A DNA stretch of 64,000 nucleotides from Oscillospiraceae bacterium. Its GTDB lineage: Bacteria; Bacillota; Clostridia; Oscillospirales; CAG-272. How positions within the stretch are numbered: the first letter of the stretch is position 1; the number at the start of each line of letters is the position of its first letter. Under the pieces are notes generated by a model. It had not been told where the DNA came from. It saw only the letters and a list, made by a program, of their open reading frames with translations, and made no database searches. Below, one piece after another: positions 9,224 through 18,994 of the stretch. A program made the translations under genes and the position numbers. The stretch is taken from assembly GCA_015064695.1 (NCBI GenBank), contig SVRS01000001.1, forward strand, positions 149,811-213,810, written 5' to 3'.

Positions 9224-11269
9224 TTATGCGAGGGTGATGCTTTTGATGTAGATGACGTCGCCTATGGCGGAAGCGCCCTCAAAGAAATCGAAGCGGATCT
9301 GATGGATGTCGCCTGTCCAGAAGGTGCAATCGGAGAGATCGGCTTCCAGGGTATGGAACTGGCCGTCTGCCGTAATGTTCACGCTGAAGTAGGCCTCGGG
9401 GGTGGCGTAATGGTAATCACCCGCGCTGAGGAACAGACCGAATTGATAAGAGTCGGCGGAATTGGTAGCGGGGATCATATATTCGATCTTCACGGTCTTG
9501 TAGGTGTCGGCGGAAAGCGCCTCGGAGTAGGGAACGGTGAAGTTCGGGTCTCCGCCCAGGGTACATAAGGTCATGGCCCCCTGTTCTGCGTCGTAGAAAA
9601 GCTCGGTGGAGCCGTTGGGCGAGATGTGCTTGCCGTTGAACTCCTTAGTCAGATCCAGATTCTCCGAGATGGGATCGGCCTGAGGAATGGGCTCGCCGTA
9701 TTTATACTCGTTATAGGTAGCGGAGCGGTCGGTGATACGGCCCGACGAGTTGTTTCGGTTCAGATCCGCGTTGTCGGCGAAATCCTTATGCTGAGTAAAG
9801 AGGTCGCGGATGCCCTGCAGGGAGCCGGTGGTGATGAGGTAGCTGTATTCCAGCGCCTCAAAGGAGGTGAGCTTGAGGTGCTTTAGGGGGGCTACATAGT
9901 TACAGGGATTCAATTTGGAAACGGGGGTTCCGTCGTAGAGAAATCGGCCTGCCAGGTGGGTATCTACGTTGGGGACGAACAGGCCGATGCCAAAGTCGTC
10001 CTCGGTATTGGTCCACGCGCACCAGGTCTCGGTGTTGCTTTCTCTGAGACCGAAGCAGCCTCTCTCCGGCCCTGCCCAGAAGGACAGATCGTCACGGTAG
10101 GACAGGGTATCCCCCGTCCAGGGCTTGGTGCCGTTGTAGAAGGAGAAGGTGCCGAGGTAGCTGACCGTGTAGAAGGCGGGAAGCTCCTGAGAGCGGATAT
10201 TGTGCTCCCAGCCCGAAAAGTCCACGAAGCGGTTGTCTACCTGTACGCGGTCGTCGTACACGGTGTAGGTGTTTTCCATGTAGGCGGGGGCAATATCCAC
10301 GCCGGCCGACCAGTCGCAGGGCTGGGACTTGACGTAAGCCGAGGCGTCGGTCACGACCACATCGATGATGCGGCTATGGCCTCCCTTGACGTCGCCGCCC
10401 TGGACGGGATTATAGCACCAAAGGGTATCGCCGTAGTAGCCGGGGGTATACTCGTCGGTTTTGGGATCGCTGTAGTAGGACTGCTGGATCATGCGGCCGG
10501 GGTCGTACTCGTTGATGAGGTTTTTCAGCCGCGTATGGTTGTCCTGCTTATCCTCCAGGTAGGTGATGCCGCCGCCCCAATTCATGCGGATGCCCACCTT
10601 GAAGCGATCGTTTTCCAGGTAGTATACGTTTTTGCGGTCGCTTTTGTAAATGGGGTGTTCTTCGGTCTGAAGAACGCACAGGGCGAAATCGGCGGATTGG
10701 TCGTTACAGGTCTCCAACTGCATGGAAGCGATGCGGATGCCCATTTTGCCGTCCAGGTATTGGCCGATCACGCAGGAGAAGGTATTCGTCCCTGCTTCCA
10801 GATAGAAATCATCGGTGACCGAGGCGCCGTCGATCTCGTAGGTGATGGTGCCGTACAGGGGCTGGGTGGATACGTAGCCCATGATGAAGCGGTTGAAGCT
10901 CTCTGCCGTATCGGCGGGGTCGAAGGTCAGGGTCAAGCCCTTGGTAAAGGTCAGCAGGTTATTCCGGGCGGACGTGTAGCCCGTGGCGGTATAGGAAAGA
11001 CCGTCCTCATGGGTGACGGCGGCGGAGTCCTGCGCCTCGGTTACGGTTACGGAGGGGGTGAAGGACAGTTGGGTGGGCTCGGCTTTGATGCTGGGGGGTG
11101 CGTCGGTCATAGCTGAGGTCTCCTCTTGACTTGAAGATTCGGTTGCTTCGGCTTGCGTGTCGTCGCCCTCGGTGGTGGCGGTTCCGTTACCCTTGCCCGT
11201 ACAGGCCACAGAGCTTGTCAGCAGGAGGGTAGCCAGAAGCAGAGCGGAGAGCCTGCGCGTGTGTTTCAT
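9224..11269 (-). CDS. Uncharacterised lipoprotein (paralog B of 7091-9094)
   Basis: Lipobox SVAC; shares GRMIQQSYY, YNPVQGGD, QELPAFYTVSYLG, SNTETWCAW and WTGDIHQIRFDFF with paralog A. Confidence 0.75.
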   Translation of the reverse strand: MKHTRRLSALLLATLLLTSSVACTGKGNGTATTEGDDTQAEATESSSQEETSAMTDAPPSIKAEPTQLSFTPSVTVTEAQDSAAVTHEDGLSYTATGYTSARNNLLTFTKGLTLTFDPADTAESFNRFIMGYVSTQPLYGTITYEIDGASVTDDFYLEAGTNTFSCVIGQYLDGKMGIRIASMQLETCNDQSADFALCVLQTEEHPIYKSDRKNVYYLENDRFKVGIRMNWGGGITYLEDKQDNHTRLKNLINEYDPGRMIQQSYYSDPKTDEYTPGYYGDTLWCYNPVQGGDVKGGHSRIIDVVVTDASAYVKSQPCDWSAGVDIAPAYMENTYTVYDDRVQVDNRFVDFSGWEHNIRSQELPAFYTVSYLGTFSFYNGTKPWTGDTLSYRDDLSFWAGPERGCFGLRESNTETWCAWTNTEDDFGIGLFVPNVDTHLAGRFLYDGTPVSKLNPCNYVAPLKHLKLTSFEALEYSYLITTGSLQGIRDLFTQHKDFADNADLNRNNSSGRITDRSATYNEYKYGEPIPQADPISENLDLTKEFNGKHISPNGSTELFYDAEQGAMTLCTLGGDPNFTVPYSEALSADTYKTVKIEYMIPATNSADSYQFGLFLSAGDYHYATPEAYFSVNITADGQFHTLEADLSDCTFWTGDIHQIRFDFFEGASAIGDVIYIKSITLA

Positions 11270-11287
11270 AGTCCGTACTCCTTTCGG

Positions 11288-13105
11288 TTAGTAGTCCCAA
11301 TCCCAGTGATCGGGGGGTAAGGCCAGATTGGCTTTTTCGGGGAGCTTAGTGGTGCGCCACTCGTTCCAGTAGACGCCGGCGGCCTCCACGTCGGCCACGA
11401 ATACCTTGGCTACCTCCTCGTTGGGATGGAGCATCAGTTGAATGTAACGCCACTGCAGGCGGGAACGCTGCACGAAGGCCAGCCGATCGCCCGCCAACTC
11501 TTCGGCCTTATTCCACCACGCGTCGAGGGTCTCCTCCATGGCGCGGTATTTTTCCTCGGGGACCAGGTCGAAGGGATTGGAGCGGATGCTCGAATGAGCC
11601 GAGGCGGCCTCGCCGCAGACGTAGTCGATGTACGCACGAATATACATCCAGCCATCGCCGTAGTAGGCCTTCAGGAATTCGTCCATGTGTTGATAGTAGG
11701 TGGCTGCGGTCATGTAGGGATCCATCATGAGCTTGGCCAGCAGATACTGACGAAGCTCTCCGAACTCACCCGATGCGGAGGAGAAATTACCCTGGGGGAA
11801 CATCCCCTTTACGCCATGGTCGGCAAAAAAGCGCATATTGTCCCGAAGCACGTTGAAGTTGGGGTAGGTGGGGATGTAGTAGCTGAAATTGGCGGTATAG
11901 TCCCAAATGTAGATGCGGTCGCAGATCTCGTTCCACGCCAACAGATCCTGCACGAAGGCGGCGTTGACCTCGCAGGTGGGGTCGGACATGGGATGCATCC
12001 AGCAGCACTCAATGGAACAAAGACGGATGCAGACGTTGGGGAGGGGACGAGTCTTGAGGGGGGGCTTGCGGGTGTACTGGTAGGCCAGGGTGTCAATGAC
12101 CACGTGGGGGTAGTCCTCGGCAATGTCGGCGGCCACGGCGTTGACGAAGCGGAGCAGGGTGCCGGCGGGGCTCCCTTCCTCGGCATCGACGGCGGCGCAA
12201 CGGTCGCAGGTACAGTAATTTTGGTTATCGTTTTGGGAGACCGAGAGGAGTCGGGCGTCGGGGCGGGCGGCCAGTACCTCTCGCACCTTGGCGATGGTCT
12301 TTTCCAGAATGGCCGGATCGGTCAGACAGGGCTGTGCGGAGGAATCGGTGCCGGTCAAGGAGGACAGGGTATGCACGAAGTAGCCTCCGTAGCTCCAATC
12401 GTCGCCCATCTCTGCGGGGATACTGCCCGAATTGCAGTTGATGCCGTTCTTGACGCTCCATGCGGCGTCGGTTTTGGCAGAGAACCAGTTGTTCTCCCGG
12501 AACTCAAAGGCGGGCTGATACGCCTCGTAACCCGTGGTGATCATCATTTTCCCTTCAGGAACCACCTCCAGCTGGGGGGTGAAATAGCGGATTCCGGCCT
12601 GATTCTCCAAAAAACGGTACACGCCGTAGAGCAGACCGCGGCCGTTACCGGCCGTAATGGTTGTGCCGTCGTTATTTTTGCGAAACACGGCGATCTTATA
12701 GCTGTCTTCCTCCATAGCAGGATCGATTTTGAGCTTGATGCGGTAGCTGTCCTCTTGGATCGTAACCCCCTTCATGCCCAGGTATTTGGTCAGCTCAGAT
12801 ACCGCGTAGGCCTCCGCGGCGGATTCTCCCGCAACGATGGTGACACTGGAGAGGGAGCGGCCGGCTCCCACTTCGGGCATAGGGTCATTGTCGGTTTCGG
12901 TTTCGATATCAGTATCGGTTTCGGGAACGGTATCGGTTTCGGTTTCGCCTACGGTTTCCTCCGGGGGCGAGACGGTGGTGACCTCGGCCGGGGTGTCCTG
13001 CCCTACGGTGGTGGCGGTGCCGTCACCCTTGCCCGTACAGGCTACCGAGCCCGTGAGCATGAGGGCGGCCAAAAGCAGGGTGGTGAGCTTGCGGGGATAT
13101 TTCAT
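11288..13105 (-). CDS. DUF4838-domain lipoprotein (putative glycoside hydrolase)
   Basis: RGLLYGVYRFLE, QPCLTDP, SVSQNDNQNYCTC, DTLAYQYT, IYIWDY; start MKYPRKL with RBS; lipobox SVAC. Confidence 0.78.
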   Translation of the reverse strand: MKYPRKLTTLLLAALMLTGSVACTGKGDGTATTVGQDTPAEVTTVSPPEETVGETETDTVPETDTDIETETDNDPMPEVGAGRSLSSVTIVAGESAAEAYAVSELTKYLGMKGVTIQEDSYRIKLKIDPAMEEDSYKIAVFRKNNDGTTITAGNGRGLLYGVYRFLENQAGIRYFTPQLEVVPEGKMMITTGYEAYQPAFEFRENNWFSAKTDAAWSVKNGINCNSGSIPAEMGDDWSYGGYFVHTLSSLTGTDSSAQPCLTDPAILEKTIAKVREVLAARPDARLLSVSQNDNQNYCTCDRCAAVDAEEGSPAGTLLRFVNAVAADIAEDYPHVVIDTLAYQYTRKPPLKTRPLPNVCIRLCSIECCWMHPMSDPTCEVNAAFVQDLLAWNEICDRIYIWDYTANFSYYIPTYPNFNVLRDNMRFFADHGVKGMFPQGNFSSASGEFGELRQYLLAKLMMDPYMTAATYYQHMDEFLKAYYGDGWMYIRAYIDYVCGEAASAHSSIRSNPFDLVPEEKYRAMEETLDAWWNKAEELAGDRLAFVQRSRLQWRYIQLMLHPNEEVAKVFVADVEAAGVYWNEWRTTKLPEKANLALPPDHWDWDY

Positions 13106-13145
13106 AGCTGTTATTCTCCTTGGAAGCAGATTGGTGGTTGGGTTC

Positions 13146-13174
13146 AGTATAGCATATTTTGACAGGGAAGTCAA
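13146..13174 (-). promoter_or_regulatory. sigmaA promoter
   Basis: TTGACT-N17-TATACT; duplicate of 9125-9153. Confidence 0.75.
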
Positions 13175-13339
13175 GAGGTTATACCCGATTTGGGGGATTT
13201 TTGGAGGGCTTTTGTGTCAACATATACAAAAACATACCGTGCGCCTTTGTGTAATATCGTTTTTTTCAATCTTTTCAAAATCCGTCGGATGTGGTATAAT
13301 AAGATGTTAAATTTGTAATCCCGTAATTTATAAAGAAGG

Positions 13340-15196
13340 ATGGATAAAGCATTGATTCGTACTGATCTGAGAAACGTAGCCATCATCGCCCACGTTGACC
13401 ACGGTAAGACTACCCTGGTGGACGGACTTCTGAAGCAGGGCGGTATTTACCGCGACAACCAGGACACCACGATTCGCGTCATGGACTCGGGCGACCTGGA
13501 AAAGGAGCGCGGTATCACCATTCTGGCCAAGAACACCGCCGTTCACTACAAGGACACCAAGATCAACATCATTGACACCCCCGGCCACGCCGACTTCGGC
13601 GGTGAGGTAGAGCGGGTGCTGAAGATGGTCAACGGCGTTATCCTCCTGGTGGATGCCGCCGAGGGTCCCATGCCCCAGACTCGCTTCGTGCTGCAGAAGG
13701 CCCTGGCGTTGAACCACCGTGTCATCGTCTGCATCAACAAGATCGATAAGCCCGACGCTCGCCTGGGTGAGGTGGAGGACGAGATCCTGGAGCTGCTCAT
13801 CGACCTGGAGGCCTCCGACGAGCAGTTGGATTCCCCCATGCTCTACTGCTCCGGCCGTGACGGTAAGGCTTCCTTTGATCCCGATAACCTGGGGGATGAT
13901 CTGACTCCCCTCTTTGAGACCATTGTGGACTATATTCCAGCTCCCGAGGGCGACGAGAACGGTCCTCTCCAGTTGCTGGTCTCCTCCATCGACTACAGCG
14001 ACTACGTGGGTCGTATCGGTATCGGCCGCATCGAGAGGGGCTCCATCAATGTTGGCCAGGAGGCGCTCATTTGCAACTATCACTCCGAGGCTGCTCCCCG
14101 TAAGACCAAGATCGTCACCGTCATGCAGATCGACGGTCTGGTGCGCAAGCCCGTAGAGACCGCTACCGTGGGCGATATCGTTTGCTTCTCGGGTGCCGGT
14201 GAGATCACCATTGGTGATACCGTTACCGCCTTGGAATGCCCCGAGCCCCTGGAGTTTGTCAAGGTCTCCGAGCCTACCCTGGAAATGACCTTTGCGGTCA
14301 ATGATTCTCCTTTGGCGGGCAAGGAGGGTAAGTTCGTCACCTCCCGTCAGATCCGCGACCGTCTGTACCGCGAGCTGCTCAAGGACGTTTCCCTCCGTGT
14401 CAGCGACGGCGAAACCACCGACGAGTTCCGCGTGGCCGGCCGCGGTGAGATGCATCTGTCCATCCTCATTGAGACCATGCGCCGCGAGGGCTTTGAGCTG
14501 ACCTGCTCCAATCCCAGAGTTCTGTACAAGGAGATCGATGGGGAGCGCTGTGAGCCCATGGAGCATATCACCCTGGACGTGCCCAACGATTACGTAGGTC
14601 CTGTGGTGGAGAAGCTGGGTCAGCGCAAGGGCGATCTGTTGGAAATGACGCCCCTTGGATCCGGTAACCGTATGCGCATTGAGTACAAGATCCCCACCCG
14701 TTGCCTGTTTGGATACCGTTCCGAGTTCTTGACGGCTACCCATGGCGAGGGCATCATGAACACCCTGTTTGCGGGCTACGAGCCCTATCGCGGCGAGGTC
14801 GTCATGAGATTTACCGGCTCCCTGGTAGCATCCGAGGCAGGCGAGACAACCCGCTACGGTCTGTACAAGACCCAGGAGCGCGGTCAGATGTTCGTTGGCC
14901 CTCAGACTCAGGTATACGAGGGTATGATCGTGGGTGAGAATCCCAAGAACGACGACATCGCCCTGAATCCCTGCCAGACCAAGCACATGACTGCCGTTCG
15001 TTCTACCGGCGCGGATGAGAAGCTGCTTCTGACCCCTCCCCGCATTTTCACCCTGGAGGAGGCCATCGAGTACATCAACGACGACGAGCTGATCGAGGTC
15101 ACCCCCAAGTCCATTCGTCTCCGCAAGGTGATTTTGGACACCGAGACCCGCATGAAGGAAATGATGAAGAAGCGCCGTGCGCTGCAGGGGAAGTAA
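13340..15196 (+). CDS. typA: Translational GTPase TypA/BipA
   Basis: AHVDHGKTT, ERGITILAKNT, DTPGHADFGGEVER, NKID, GRGEMHLSIL, EVTPKSIRLRK. Confidence 0.97.
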   Translation: MDKALIRTDLRNVAIIAHVDHGKTTLVDGLLKQGGIYRDNQDTTIRVMDSGDLEKERGITILAKNTAVHYKDTKINIIDTPGHADFGGEVERVLKMVNGVILLVDAAEGPMPQTRFVLQKALALNHRVIVCINKIDKPDARLGEVEDEILELLIDLEASDEQLDSPMLYCSGRDGKASFDPDNLGDDLTPLFETIVDYIPAPEGDENGPLQLLVSSIDYSDYVGRIGIGRIERGSINVGQEALICNYHSEAAPRKTKIVTVMQIDGLVRKPVETATVGDIVCFSGAGEITIGDTVTALECPEPLEFVKVSEPTLEMTFAVNDSPLAGKEGKFVTSRQIRDRLYRELLKDVSLRVSDGETTDEFRVAGRGEMHLSILIETMRREGFELTCSNPRVLYKEIDGERCEPMEHITLDVPNDYVGPVVEKLGQRKGDLLEMTPLGSGNRMRIEYKIPTRCLFGYRSEFLTATHGEGIMNTLFAGYEPYRGEVVMRFTGSLVASEAGETTRYGLYKTQERGQMFVGPQTQVYEGMIVGENPKNDDIALNPCQTKHMTAVRSTGADEKLLLTPPRIFTLEEAIEYINDDELIEVTPKSIRLRKVILDTETRMKEMMKKRRALQGK

Positions 15197-15268
15197 GCGC
15201 CTTTTGTCACTGCCTGATTCTACCGTAAATATACTATTTAACCCCAAATACACAAGCAGAAAAACAGC

Positions 15269-15304
15269 AGGACGGAATTCACATGATGGAATTCCGTCCT
15301 TTTG
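15269..15304 (+). terminator. Rho-independent terminator after typA
   Basis: AGGACGGAATTC/GAATTCCGTCCT stem followed by a T-run. Confidence 0.75.
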
Positions 15305-15679
15305 GTATATATAGGGGGACTTATACGATTATCAGATTCTTGAGTGGGAGAGGGTGCCTCCGGCGGCGTATATTGCCGACGAACCCCCGGTCAAAGCCAT
15401 TTTGACGGGGTACAGGCACTACGATTATGAAAGAATTTTCGCAGAGCGGATTCCGCAGATCTGCACCAACTGCACGACCCTGCGGGTGGTGGAATTCAAA
15501 TAATCCGCGCGCCCTCCATCTCGGAGATACGTATTCCTGCTTTTCAATGCACGAACCGTCCCCACAGATCACGGTGGGGATGGCTTTGTTTTTGATTTTT
15601 TTCTCGTATCCCCTTGCAAAATCGGGCGGGATTTGCTATAATAGAGTCGAAAAAATGCCATCCGAAGGGGGTTTATTAT

Positions 15680-16849
15680 ATGAACAACTGTCTGATTCAC
15701 AACGCGCAGGTCTACAACAGCACTCTGCGGGGATTCTACTACGGCTCCGTTCTGGTCATGAAGGGAAGGATCGCCATTCTGCATCGCGGGGATGTGACAT
15801 CCGCTCCTGCGGGGGTGGAGGTGTACGATGCCGAGGGGAAGATGTTGATTCCCGGTCTGGTGGATATTCATACCCACGGGCGAGCCGGCGGAGATTTCAA
15901 TACGGCGGATGCATCTCTTATGGAGCAAATGGCGGTATCCTACCTGGATAGCGGTGTGACCGCGGTGATGCCTACCCTGGCCTCTGCCACCATGGATTCC
16001 TTGGAGAATTCCATTGATCTCATCAACGATCTCCGTGCTGCTTCGGTCGAATCCGAGGGACGGTTGGCCTATATTGCGGGGGTCCATCTGGAGGGTCGAT
16101 ACCTCAACGTGAAGCGCCGAGGCGCTCACGCCGCTGAGCTTCTGGTGACCCCCGATGCCGCCGAGCTGGCAAGCCTCATGGGGCGCGTGGCGGGCGCACG
16201 GCACATTTCCGCAGCCCTGGAGCAGGAGGGCGGCGAGGAATTTTTGACCCGCGCCCTGGCTATGGGGGCTACGGTAAGTCTGGGACACACGGACGCCGGC
16301 TTCGAGGTGGCCAACCGCTTGATTGCCAAGGGCGTGACGGGCCTTACTCACACCTTCAATGCTATGCCGCCTTTGCATCATCGAGACGGTGGCGCGGTGG
16401 CCGCGGGGCTTCTGTCGGATCGCGTCTACTGTGAGCTGATCTGCGACGGCTTCCACATTGCTCCCCATATGGTTAAGCTGGCCTATCGTCTGGCAGGTCG
16501 TCGGCTGACGCTGATTACCGATTCTATGGAGGCCACGGGCTGTCCCGATGGTGAATACTCCATTGCGGGGAATCCCGTGACCGTAAAGGATGGTAAGGCG
16601 CGGACCCATGACGGCGCCATTGCAGGCTCGACTCTGTCCATGTGGGAGGCGGTGCAGAATCTCCGTTCCTTTGCCGATGCGACCTTGGGAGATGCGATCT
16701 ACGCCGCCACGATGGCGCCCGCATTGGAGGCGGGGCTGGCGGATGAGGTGGGCTCCATTGAGGTAAACAAGCGGGCGGATCTTCTTCTGTTGGATGCGGA
16801 GGGGCTTTCCATCGACCGCATCATGTGCGGCGGCTACTGGCACCGTTGA
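15680..16849 (+). CDS. nagA: N-acetylglucosamine-6-phosphate deacetylase
   Basis: PGLVDIHTHG, GVHLEG, GHT, THTFNAMPPLHHR, ELICDGFH, LITDSM, IAGSTL. Confidence 0.95.
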   Translation: MNNCLIHNAQVYNSTLRGFYYGSVLVMKGRIAILHRGDVTSAPAGVEVYDAEGKMLIPGLVDIHTHGRAGGDFNTADASLMEQMAVSYLDSGVTAVMPTLASATMDSLENSIDLINDLRAASVESEGRLAYIAGVHLEGRYLNVKRRGAHAAELLVTPDAAELASLMGRVAGARHISAALEQEGGEEFLTRALAMGATVSLGHTDAGFEVANRLIAKGVTGLTHTFNAMPPLHHRDGGAVAAGLLSDRVYCELICDGFHIAPHMVKLAYRLAGRRLTLITDSMEATGCPDGEYSIAGNPVTVKDGKARTHDGAIAGSTLSMWEAVQNLRSFADATLGDAIYAATMAPALEAGLADEVGSIEVNKRADLLLLDAEGLSIDRIMCGGYWHR

Positions 16850-16857
16850 CGGTAGGA

Positions 16858-17736
16858 ATGGCGGATATGAAAATGCGTACGCGGCATGATTCCGCGGCAG
16901 GAGGCTTCGCTATGCCCACGGGGACGGCGGAGCTTCGCAGCTTGGCTCGTAAAGCACTGGATGGAGGAATCTCCAAAAATCACCGCTTGACGTTGATTTT
17001 AGGCGTGGTCCTGCTCCTCACAGTGACCGTTGGTGGCTACGAGATCCTGCGCGGCTTGTATATAGTGGGATATCTTTGCCTGGGCGATGCGCCCTGGCTG
17101 GAGGCGGTATGGGCTCTTGCGGAGATCCTCGCGGGGCTTTTCGTGGCTCTGCCTCTGGCGGCCTCTTTGTTCCGTCTGGCCTGCTTGGTGGTTCTGCAGA
17201 CCCATCGGGTCGCTTTTCCGGAGGACTTGCCGATCACCGTGGCCGAACCGGATTTGAGACAGATCTTCTATCCCTTCACCTCTCTGCGGGCTTACGGACG
17301 TTGTATGTCCGTGGGGCTGGAGGCCCTTGGGTGGCTGGTTCTGTGGGGCGGGATCCCTGTGGTGGGCTTCCGCGTCCTTGCGACTCAGTTTGACCGGATG
17401 GCGCACCGTGGGGTGCTGATGGAGCTCTGCCAGGTACTGACGGGGGCTTCGTTTCTCGTATGCCTCCTGTTCGGGGTACTGATGCTGTTTCTGTCGGGAC
17501 GGCGGGCCGGTTTCGGATATTTCGTGTTCATCCATGAGGATCTGTCCGTGGGGGAGCTCAATGATTATTTCAAGGGGTTAAGACGCGGATTTTTGCGGCC
17601 GTTCCTGTTGCGGCTGAGCTTGGTGGGGTGGATTGCCCTGTCCATTGTGGCGGTGCTGGTGCCCTTCGTGATTCACACCGTGCCCTACGGTCTATGCTGC
17701 GGGGCGGTTTATGGGGCGGAATTGAAGCGGAAATAA
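16858..17736 (+). CDS. Multi-pass membrane protein (DUF975-like)
   Basis: ELRSLARKAL N-terminus, several hydrophobic helices, LRLSLVGW; start codon uncertain. Confidence 0.55.
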   Translation: MADMKMRTRHDSAAGGFAMPTGTAELRSLARKALDGGISKNHRLTLILGVVLLLTVTVGGYEILRGLYIVGYLCLGDAPWLEAVWALAEILAGLFVALPLAASLFRLACLVVLQTHRVAFPEDLPITVAEPDLRQIFYPFTSLRAYGRCMSVGLEALGWLVLWGGIPVVGFRVLATQFDRMAHRGVLMELCQVLTGASFLVCLLFGVLMLFLSGRRAGFGYFVFIHEDLSVGELNDYFKGLRRGFLRPFLLRLSLVGWIALSIVAVLVPFVIHTVPYGLCCGAVYGAELKRK

Positions 17737-17794
17737 AAAAACGGGTACGCAATGCCTGATGCTTTGCGTATCCGTTTCGTTTTGGGGGCGGGGA

Positions 17795-18925
17795 TCATTC
17801 CCATATACGGCGCGCGGGCTTATGGGCCTTGACCGAATGGACCATGCCGATGAGGATGTAGGTGGCCAGCAGAGAGGAGCCTCCGCAGGAGAGGAAGGGA
17901 AGGGTAATGCCTACCACGGGGAGGATGGCCAGACACATACCCACGTTTTCCAGGGTTTGGGCGATGAGCACTGCCGCCACGCCTGCGGCGATGAACATAC
18001 CGTAATCGTGGCTGGATTGACGGCCGATCCACAGTACCCGCAGAACCAGCACGACCAGGGTCAGAATGACGATGGTGCCGCCGATGAAGCCGAATTTTTC
18101 ACAAATCGTGGCCAGGATGAAGTCGGTGTGGGAGGCGGTGAGCTGCTCGTAATCGCCGCCGCTGTGGAGGCCTACGCCCCAAAGACCGCCGTTTTCAATG
18201 CATTGCTGGGAAAGAAGGGGCTGCCAGCCCTTATCCATGGGATCCAAATCGGGGTTGAAGCCAACCACGATGCGATCCTGCTGATAGGCAGCCAGATAAT
18301 CCCATAGGAAGGGGAAGGCCACCGTGACCACGCCGCCCAGGGCGGCAAAGTAGCCCCAATGGAGTCCGGCACAGAATAGCATGACCAGCACCAGGACCAT
18401 ATAGACCAGGGCCACGCCCAAATCTCCCGAGACAAGGATCAAGCCCACGATGAGCAGGGCGTGGAGGCCCAGACCCACCAGGGGACGGAATTTGTTTATG
18501 GTGGCCTGCACCGATGAAAGGTGCTTGGCGAAGGTACAGATGAAGGTGATCTTGACGAATTCCGAGGGCTGAATGGCGATGCCGATGACGGGAATGGTGA
18601 TCCAGCTCTTGTTGGCGGTCTCCATGCCCGCGCCTGTGTCGCCGGCCACCAGGGTCAGTCCCAGGATACCCACCGAGAACAGGAGCATCACGAGCCACAA
18701 GCGATCCAGGATGACGTGGTAATCCAGATTGGCCACGATGAAGGTAAGGAGGATGCCGGCCACAGTCATGGCGAACTGCATCCTCAGCTTGCTCATGCCG
18801 AAATTCTCGACCGCGCCGTAGACCGTTACCAGGCTGATGATCGACAGGATAGTGGTACAGAGCAGGAGAATGGGATCCACGCGGCGCACCGCGTCGGAGA
18901 GAAACAGCTTGATCTTTTCGCCCAT
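17795..18925 (-). CDS. rodA: SEDS-family peptidoglycan polymerase RodA/FtsW
   Basis: SWI...IQPSEFVKI, DLG, HTDFI, GITLPFLSCGGSS. Confidence 0.88.
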   Translation of the reverse strand: MGEKIKLFLSDAVRRVDPILLLCTTILSIISLVTVYGAVENFGMSKLRMQFAMTVAGILLTFIVANLDYHVILDRLWLVMLLFSVGILGLTLVAGDTGAGMETANKSWITIPVIGIAIQPSEFVKITFICTFAKHLSSVQATINKFRPLVGLGLHALLIVGLILVSGDLGVALVYMVLVLVMLFCAGLHWGYFAALGGVVTVAFPFLWDYLAAYQQDRIVVGFNPDLDPMDKGWQPLLSQQCIENGGLWGVGLHSGGDYEQLTASHTDFILATICEKFGFIGGTIVILTLVVLVLRVLWIGRQSSHDYGMFIAAGVAAVLIAQTLENVGMCLAILPVVGITLPFLSCGGSSLLATYILIGMVHSVKAHKPARRIWE

Positions 18926-18994
18926 GGCGGTGCTCCTTTCTGCAGAGAAAATGGGGGGATGCGGGTAGAACTACGGAGGGCGGGCTTGCGCGTC

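Noticed and set aside
4-13162. Long plus-strand ORFs (4-1782, 2177-3610, 3501-5267, 5388-7040, 11426-13162) and similar antisense ORFs elsewhere (13328-15253, 31318-33582, 46247-48289)
   Set aside because: Antisense shadows of real genes caused by GC-biased codon usage; no RBS or recognisable motifs.
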